Below are positions 55,620 through 64,000 of a stretch of 64,000 bases of DNA, in pieces (positions within the stretch are counted from its first letter, which is position 1; the number at the start of each line of letters is the position of its first letter). The notes under the pieces were generated by a model. It ran no database searches, was not told where the DNA came from, and was given only the letters and a program-made list of their open reading frames with translations. Origin of the DNA: Eledone cirrhosa (taxonomy: Eukaryota). The translations under genes were made by a program, and so were the position numbers. The stretch spans positions 208,692,001-208,756,000 of the forward strand of contig OZ024741.1 in assembly GCA_964016885.1 (NCBI GenBank), written 5' to 3'.

Positions 55620-56800
55620 GCACAACCACAACCACAACAAGAGCAACTTATCCCCACCAACAACAACAACACTAGTACCACTAGTACCACTACTACTACA
55701 TCCTCACCACTATCACCAACACTGTGACCACCACTACCACTATCAATATCACCCAGCACCACTACCACCAACCAGCACCACTATTACCTGCCGTCACAAC
55801 CGCCACCACTAACACCCAACCATATACATTGTCACCGCCCCTACCCAACCACCACCACAACACAACCACCACCACTACAACCAGCTGTCAACACCGCCAC
55901 CACTACCACCCAAATACATACACAGACACCACCCCCACCTAACCGCCACCACAACCAGCACCACTACTGCTAGCCATCAACACCGCCACCGCCACCACTA
56001 CCACATACACAGACACCACCCCCACCAAACACCACCACCACAGCCACAACCAGCACCACTACTACCAGCCGTTAACACCACCACCACTACCATCCAACCA
56101 TATACACAGACACCGCCCCCACCTAACTACCACCACAACCACAACCAGCACCCCCACTACCACCCAACCACAACCACCACCACTACTGCTAGCCATCAGC
56201 ACCGTCACTGCCATCACTACAACCAACCACATACACAGATACCACCACCACCCTACCACCACCACAACCAACGACACCACCATATCTAGGTCAACGAAAT
56301 CAGTCAACCATAACGGTTTTAAAATCAGTTGTTAACTGTGAAACAACAGACCTTGTTTAACAGTTGTTTTGTGTTATGTAACAATAACGGTATGTATGGA
56401 GTGTAGGGTGGAGATAGTGGTGGTGGCGGTGCGGTGGGATGCGGGGGGGGGGAGATAGTGGTGGTGGATGTGTGGGGGGGGACGATGTGGTGGGGTGGAG
56501 ATAGTGGTGGTGGCGGTGTGGTGAGGTGGTGTGAGTGAGGGTAGTGGTGTGGCGAGGTGGAGAGAGTGGTGGTGGTGGTGGTGGTGTGGTGAGGTGGGGG
56601 AGTGGAGGGCGACGGTGTGGTGAGGTGGTGGGAGTGAGGGTAGTGGTGTGGCGAGGTAGAGGGAGTGGAGGGTAGTGGTGGTAGGGTATAGATAGTGTGA
56701 TGGTGGCTTACTGTGTGTAGGTGGAAGGTGGCGGTGCGGTGAGGTGGACGGAGTGGAGGGTGGTGGTGTGGTGAGGTGGAGGGAGTGGAGATTGGCTGGG
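55620..56800. repeat. ACC-rich tract (55620-56285) facing a GGT-rich tract (56400-56800)
   Basis: Cryptic trinucleotide simplicity with opposite strand bias. Confidence 0.8.
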
Positions 56801-57949
56801 AGATGGTTGTAGAAGGGGGTAGCGGATTGGGGGTATTAAGTATATGTGGAGTGTGGAGTCGGGGAAGAACGGTGTGTTGGACGTGTGTAAAAGGTTGAGA
56901 GGAAGAGAAGATGCGCGGTAGTGAAGTATGACCAAATATTATGGGAGGAGGGGTAACAACTAGCGTATAACATATAAGGAATATATTATAATTTTCGCGG
57001 TATAGAGTTACGTCAGTTTACGTCGTGAGTTCATATCCCGCTGAGGTTAGCTTTTCCTTTCATCCTTCAATGGTAATCTTCGTGAAGACTTGTGAGCACG
57101 AGTAAGTTTATTTTTTTAACGTATCTAAACATTTTTTCTACAAAGGGGATATATGGCGGATATAAGTATTTACTTTCGGGAATATTTGGGCCTAGGGCGC
57201 AAATATTTGAACTCTTAATTTTAAATTTTACGCTCATGAGCGTTTTTTTTATAAATGGGGGCGATACGCCCCCCCCCCCCCCCTTACTTAGTGTCACGTG
57301 ACAGAAAAATGTTACCACAACCACAATCACCACTATCATCAACATCAATACAGACACTACCACTACCATCACAACAAGAGCAGCAGCAACAATAACAGGG
57401 ACGACACAAGAGTGAATATCCCGCATTACCTGAATCCAACGTCGCCAACACTTCCACCAAGCGCAGAGCATCAAAACAAAACAAAACACATAATGGAAAA
57501 CAGCAACAACACTAATACCACCTCCAACACCACTACAACCACCAACTCCGCCCCTGACACCACAACAAAACGTACTGACACAAATCAGAATATGAGCAGC
57601 AATGACAACAGCAGCAACAACAACAGTAACAGTAAGAGAAACAACAGCAACAACAAAATAGATGCAGATATGTGAACTGCGCATAGCGACCCGGTGACTT
57701 AGCAGAGTGTGTCCCCTTCCACCAAAACACAGAAGGATCCCTCAAAATCAGCTGCTTTCTTCACGGGGACAACGAAAAATACAGAAACAATAACTGTCAA
57801 CGAAACTGAAATAAGAGAAGCTAAGCAGATGCTAAAGAGGAGGGAACCGCAGAGTCAGCCTAACTTGAAATGTTGGAAAATGCACGATGTTGTATGGTAT
57901 GTGACATACCGTAGAATTGAAGTGAAGTTACTCGGAAGAGACACGGAAA

Positions 57950-58465
57950 TGCTGTGTCGGCTTATGAAGACGACGTCTCTGTGATGGTGTCGAACACCTT
58001 AGAAATCGAGGTGGTCGGCACCTTCTTGGAAGAATATCAAAAGGTGACGGGAAGAAAACGAAACTCGGAAAAATCGGTGGGCTTGCAGCTCAGCACATGG
58101 AGAGGCAAGTCCATGCCATCCAACAGCGTCGTCGGGCGCTGGACGAACGGACCGGTAAAGTTGCTCGGGTTTGGTTCAGGCTACACCTCCAGGTGAATAA
58201 GAATTGGGGCGAGGTGACGATCAGGATAGCCACTCTCACCCAGAAATGAGACAAGACGAAGCTGTCCTTGAAAAGTCGGGTGGAGATTGCGAATACGCAC
58301 GCCGCGTCTGTCATCTACTACAGGTTGACCGTCGTGACTTGCCCCCCGTCCGCACATCTCCAAATTGGAACGGCTCTTTTTCAACTTCTTGTGGAGGGAA
58401 CAGGTTCCGTTGGTGAAGTGGTTCATCTGCTGTCAGCACCCTCTAAGGAGGGCTCGGCATGCCGT
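57950..58465 (+). mobile_element. L1/Tx1-type RT fragment
   Basis: SAYEDDVSV...YQKVTG..N.EKSVGL...VKLLG. Confidence 0.8.
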
Positions 58466-58469
58466 AACC

Positions 58470-59565
58470 TGCCGCTGAAGGTTCTGCAAAAGTATGGGAG
58501 CTATGGTCAGCTTCTTCTTGCCCTGATGTCGCTATACGAATTCCCGAGTGCTTGTGTTTGGATAAATGGTTCTAATCGAAACCATTCAATGTGGGAGTCG
58601 GACTCCACTAAGGGTACGTATTGTTACCCCTCCTGTTCATTATTTTCATGAACAGGATTGACATGCGCAGCCGAGTTGGAAGTGGTATCACGAATGGTGG
58701 GTGTAAAATTAATCGGCTGGAATTTGCAGACGACATGGTGTTGTTACTTAACTCGAAAAAGGTGATCTCCAACTTGCACTCAATAGGTTTGATACCGAAT
58801 GCTGCATGGCTGGAATGAAAATCAGTGCTGTGAAAATTGAGACACTCGTCTTCTCAAGGATACAAATCTTGAGAAGCTGAGCTTCACAAAGCCAGGAAGT
58901 ACACGACAAGTTAGGAAACTACAAGTACAATTCTTTATGTGAATGGAGTTCCACTGAAGCAGGTGGAGAAGTCCAAGTATTTCGGGGCCGTATTTACGAG
59001 TGATAGAAGGCAGGAACCTGAATTAAGTGCAAGAATTGCAGGAGCTAGTGCAGTAATGTGCCAGCTTCAGCATTCCGTAATCAGAAGGGAGGTGTATCAG
59101 CTAAATTTCCTATCTTAATTTTGGTATTCATGCCAATCCTTACCTATGGACATGAATCTTTAGTAACGACCGAAAGAATACGATCGCAAGCGGCCAAAAT
59201 GGGGTTCCTCCAAAGGATTCTTTGGAATAACGTTACTCGATAGAGTGCGTAGTTCGAAGATCAAAGCCTCACTCCATGTATAACCGCTATTTCTCCGAAT
59301 TGAGAGATTACATCTCCGATATTATGGACATGTGGTTAGAATGTCTCAGGAAAGAATTATAGGACATATTTTAAGGGCAAAACGAGCGGCAGGAGACCCA
59401 GGCGTAGACGCCGAGCAAGATGGTTGGATAACAGCCATGAGCTTGGCTGGTCTTTCTTGGGGATCCAGCCAGATCAGTTAAAGACGGTTGCTTCTGACAG
59501 AACCTGCTGAAAGGAATGTTTAATGACTCCACCTCCATGACCCTCTCAGGTATAATTAGGCGAAG
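58470..59565 (+). mobile_element. RTE-clade LINE 3' fragment
   Basis: PLLFIIFM, RLEFADDMVLL, PILTYGHES, LRYYGHVVRM. Confidence 0.85.
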
Positions 59566-60369
59566 AAAGATTTGTCAGGTTCATTAACGTACTAATTACT
59601 AATACTTACTCATTTGATTAATTAGCCTCAATTAATAATAACTTTAGGTTTTCAGAAACCATAAATACTTTGAATATGGTTACTTAGTGTACCAACAGGA
59701 CTCGGGCCTAGGATAAGTTATTAAGTCTGTACATATACAGGGTCGGCGTGCAGTCGATGACTCAATATCTGAGTACACTACTCTGATGATAACAACATGA
59801 TATACATTTACAATATTTTTTATTTGTGTCTTTTGTAAATAATTTATTAAGTTTTCATAACTAATTATATAAATAATGGAAAAAACAGCGGAAGGTGTAA
59901 AGAAGGACAAATTTGGCTGCATAGCAAAGTAAAGGAAAGAGCTATAAATGCTATACATGAGAAGAAAAGGATGGAAAGAGCCCTCCTTTTAGGCCACATA
60001 TGAAAGAGTGGGAAGGGGAGAGAGAGAGTGTGACAGTCTCTACGCTAGGTCGGGTGGTGTTTCGTCTGTACCCCGCTGACAAAACTGCAAAGCCATTTCT
60101 GCAGACAATGGCCTGCGACAGCCGCTACAGCAACCACCCCACCTCGTGGGGCTACTTCTTCAGACAGGCTGCTGCATTTACAATTATAATCGAAATACAT
60201 AATTACACAATATATAAAATATAATACAATAGCTAACATTAAGGTAGATAGACAGTGTATTACTATCGACAACCATATATATGTGTACGTATGTATGAAT
60301 GAATGCATATGTAGCAATGTGTATATGTATACACACACATTACTCTAATCTAAAGTTTGTCTTAAGACA

Positions 60370-60620
60370 CATTTGGCAGGTGCTTATCCCGGTTTCATGG
60401 TATGGAGGGACTTAGAGTACAGGACTCGCCCTGGACAGGACGCCAGTCCATCGCAGGGTTAAACCCTCAGTTATTGCTAGTACTCATTTTTCAGCTGAAT
60501 ATGCTGGAGCAACGTGAAATGAAGTGTTTTGCTGAAGAACACAATACGCAACCCAGCAATCGAACTCACGACATTATGATCGTAAGTCGAACACACTTAC
60601 TACTAGGCCACGTGCCTCCA
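60370..60620 (-). mobile_element. second tRNA-SINE family (CORE/V-like blocks)
   Basis: Minus-strand GGAGGCACGTGGCCTAGT head, GAGTTCGATT B box and GCGATGGACTGGCGTCCTGTCCAGGG block. Confidence 0.75.
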
Positions 60621-60909
60621 CTCATACATTACTACAATGATAGAATGAGGAAAATTAAACTGTTGGTGGTACTCATAGCCAAACACTAAGCCACCCAGCA
60701 TGTCAACTGACGGCACCACCATTAATTCAATTCAGTTGACAGAACAATAAAAAAATTAATAAGAAATAACAAATATCAAAAACAAAAGAAAAAACTCTGG
60801 CACTCACATACACATACATATATTCAGATATACACATGGACGCTTATCACCATAATGACGTACTACCGCTGCCACTACTTACATACTACATAAATACAAC
60901 AAACATGTA

Positions 60910-61170
60910 CACGTACATACATACATACATTCGTACATACAATCATACATACATACATGCATTCGTACATACATGCATACATACATACATACATACATAC
61001 ATACATACATACATACATACATACATACATACATACATACATACATACATACATACGTACGTACGTACATACATACGTACATACATGCATACATACATAC
61101 ATACATACATACATACATACATACATACATACATACATACATACATACATACATACATACATACATACAT
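60910..61170. repeat. (TACA)n microsatellite
   Basis: Seen directly. Confidence 0.97.
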
Positions 61171-61344
61171 GTTCGTCATTCAGGGAACACATTGAAAAGA
61201 TCACAGATGTGTAACGAAAACTTTGACAGATTCATTAACAAAGAAATGATCTACAACCAGTGTCTGTATTTTTATTTACAGAATTTTTCTTTGTTCTAGT
61301 GTTTATCGTGTTTCGTGCAAGTTCCACATTTATGCGTATTATTC

Positions 61345-62163
61345 TCTAATTTAGGCACAAGGCCAGAAAATTTAGGTGGATGTCAAAGTTGATTAAGGCA
61401 ACCACAGTACATGACTGGTAAATAACATTTTTTTTTTCTTTGTTTATTGTTCTTCTTTTCGACCCCGGAGGAATGAATGGCAAATTTGAACTCAGTGGGA
61501 TTTGAATTTCGGACTCCGAAAACAGAAACAGTTACGGCAAGGCATTTTGTCAACGGCTAAACGACTGGATTTGTAATTAGCTAGCAAGTTTCTCTGATTG
61601 CCGCCATCTTAATCCACATCGTCATTAACAATGACATCAACAACAACATTATCAATATCATCATCACCAACAACATCCACAACAACGATATAATCAACAA
61701 TTGCATTATCATCATCATCAATAAGGGCTGTGGATTGGTAGAATCAGTAGAGCGTCGGACACCATTCTTTGCAGCCTTTTGCGTTCTGAGTTCAAATCCC
61801 TCCGAGGTTAACTTTGCCTTTCATCCCTACGGGATCGATAAAATAAAGTACCAGTAACGACTTTCCCCTCCCCTAATTGTTCGCCTTGTGCCTAAATCAG
61901 AAACCATTATCATCATCAACAATAATATTAACAAAAGCAATTGTAAAGATATATATAAACCATAACATATCATCAACAACATTAATAACTGTTTCTACTT
62001 TTGCAATTACCCCAGTGCATTACTGGTGTTTTATTTTATGGACCCCGTAAGGATGAAAGGCAAAGTTAACCTCAGCGGGATTTGAACTCTGAACATAAAT
62101 GGCCATAACTCTATGCTGCAAAGCATGGTGTCTGACACTCTACCGATACTGCCAATCCACCGC
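61345..62163. mobile_element. cluster of three tRNA-derived SINEs
   Basis: 61345-61610 (-, diverged), 61725-61905 (+) and 61990-62163 (-). Confidence 0.85.
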
Positions 62164-63268
62164 TCTGGAATGAATGGAATACACAAAACAATGTGAAAAT
62201 CAAATTTATTAGTTTGACATTAAAAGAAGAAAAAAACACAGAACAAATACCACAATGACATTTTATCAAGCGTTCTCCTCATTCTGCCAATCCCTCAGCC
62301 TACACACACTCATCTATATTATTGATACAATTGCGATCTTGCTCCAATTGACCCATCACCCGTGTAATACTGGCAGCCTATCACAGTTAGCTGGGTCCCG
62401 AAGGTCCCGTTTTCCAGCCATGAGGATGTCGGTGATAGGAAGAGGGATTTGAACTCGAAATGCAAAAATCCGGAACAATTAATGTCATCAATCTCCTTCG
62501 ACTCTCTAAAAATTCCACCTCTTAACAGATATTTTATTTGTTAAAATCTTTTTCAATGCACACGCTTTCACAGTAGGAATATCGCGAATTGTGTGTGCGT
62601 GTGCGTGTGCGTGTGTGCGCTCGTGTGTGTGTGTGCGTGTGTGTGCGCGGGGGGGGGGGGGGGTGCATGTGTGTGTGCGCGTGTGTGCGCGTGTGTGTGT
62701 GTGCATGTGTGTATAGTGTACCAAGCACAATATCAATGTGTGTGCGTCTGTATATATATATGTGTGTGTGTGTGTGCGTGTGTGCGTCTGTATGTGTATG
62801 TGTGTGTCCATATGTGTCGAGTGTACCAAGCACAATATCAAGCAACAACTATTCACATACACATTGCACAAATACAGAGTAACATTAACTTGAGAATATT
62901 TCTCAATGGAGAATATTTCTCAATGTCAAAACAAGAGAGAGAGAGAAAGAGAAAACGAGCGAAAAGAGAATAGGAAACAGAGAGGCAAGTGAAAGAGAGA
63001 AGAGAGAAAGGATAGGGGAGACATTTCAACGTTACGGCAATAACAGCAGACATTTATTACAAGTGGTGAACTTTATATATACACCCACAACTCTGCACTA
63101 CAAACAGTGTTGACACTAGGAGAAGAGGAGATGGAATAGGTCAACAAACCAAAGCCAGATGTTGACAGACGCCGGTTGAATAAAGATGAAATAATAAACC
63201 CATCACTATTAAATACTCATTGAGAACGAAAACATGGAATGATATATAATATATATACATATATATAT

Positions 63269-63345
<77 letters not shown>

Positions 63346-64000
63346 TATATATATATATATATTTATATAAATAAGAGGAATTCCAACTTTGTCTGATTTA
63401 CTCGTTTTATTTACAATCCTTTAAAATATATAATGGTATTATAATGAAATAGTATGATAGAATATTAAATTCTAAGTGTTAATTGAACAAGTACTTTCAT
63501 GCTTTCGCAATCTTCAGGTTCATGATATGTGGTGACAGTCGAGTTTGCAATTTTCAACTGTAATAAGATGGGTAAATTTCCTACCTTTTATACATTTTAT
63601 ACAGAGAAAAGTGGCTCCAGAATGCTAAGCCCTGTAAACTGTATTTCGACCAATCGGTGTGTAGTTTCACTGAATTACTAAAGCTGATTGGTTTAAGCGT
63701 CACGGCTGGTTGAGCATGTCTAACGACCAATAATCATATCCAAAGCATCAATTGTTTTGCTATTTTTAGAAATGATGAAAATAGTATTTTCTATTAATCA
63801 TCACCATCAACATCACTTTTATTATTGTTATTATTGTTGTTGTTGGTAGTGGTGGTCGTAGTCATAGTGGTAGTAGAAGTAATACCCCTAAGCGTTATTA
63901 TTGTTCATTTAGCTTGGGTTTGAATTTATCAATAAAATTCTTTTCTTTGATTTTTCTCTTGATTTCACTTGGGCTGTGTAATTTGTAGAATGGGAATATT

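Overview
AT-rich, repeat-saturated eukaryotic DNA. I infer an octopus/cephalopod origin from the tRNA-SINE family and the dense (TA)n/(CA)n/(TACA)n tracts. No host gene is confidently identified. The window opens with a 43-bp minisatellite. It then holds at least seven Penelope-like elements (PLEs; RT + GIY-YIG) from several families, a hAT/Buster transposon with an 8-bp TSD, a non-autonomous Helitron, two mariners, L1/Tx1, RTE and R4/Dong-like LINE fragments, five RTE-derived bipartite non-autonomous elements and many SINEs. The main hidden structure is RNA-level. About a dozen type I hammerhead ribozyme (HHR) motifs (CUGANGA...GAAA, palindromic stem III, often long stem II) sit in PLE pseudo-LTRs. 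Five ORF-less 100-370 bp head-to-head foldbacks are built around these HHRs and repeat, in miniature, the inverted-pLTR architecture of the coding PLEs. All folds were done by eye; nothing was computed or searched.
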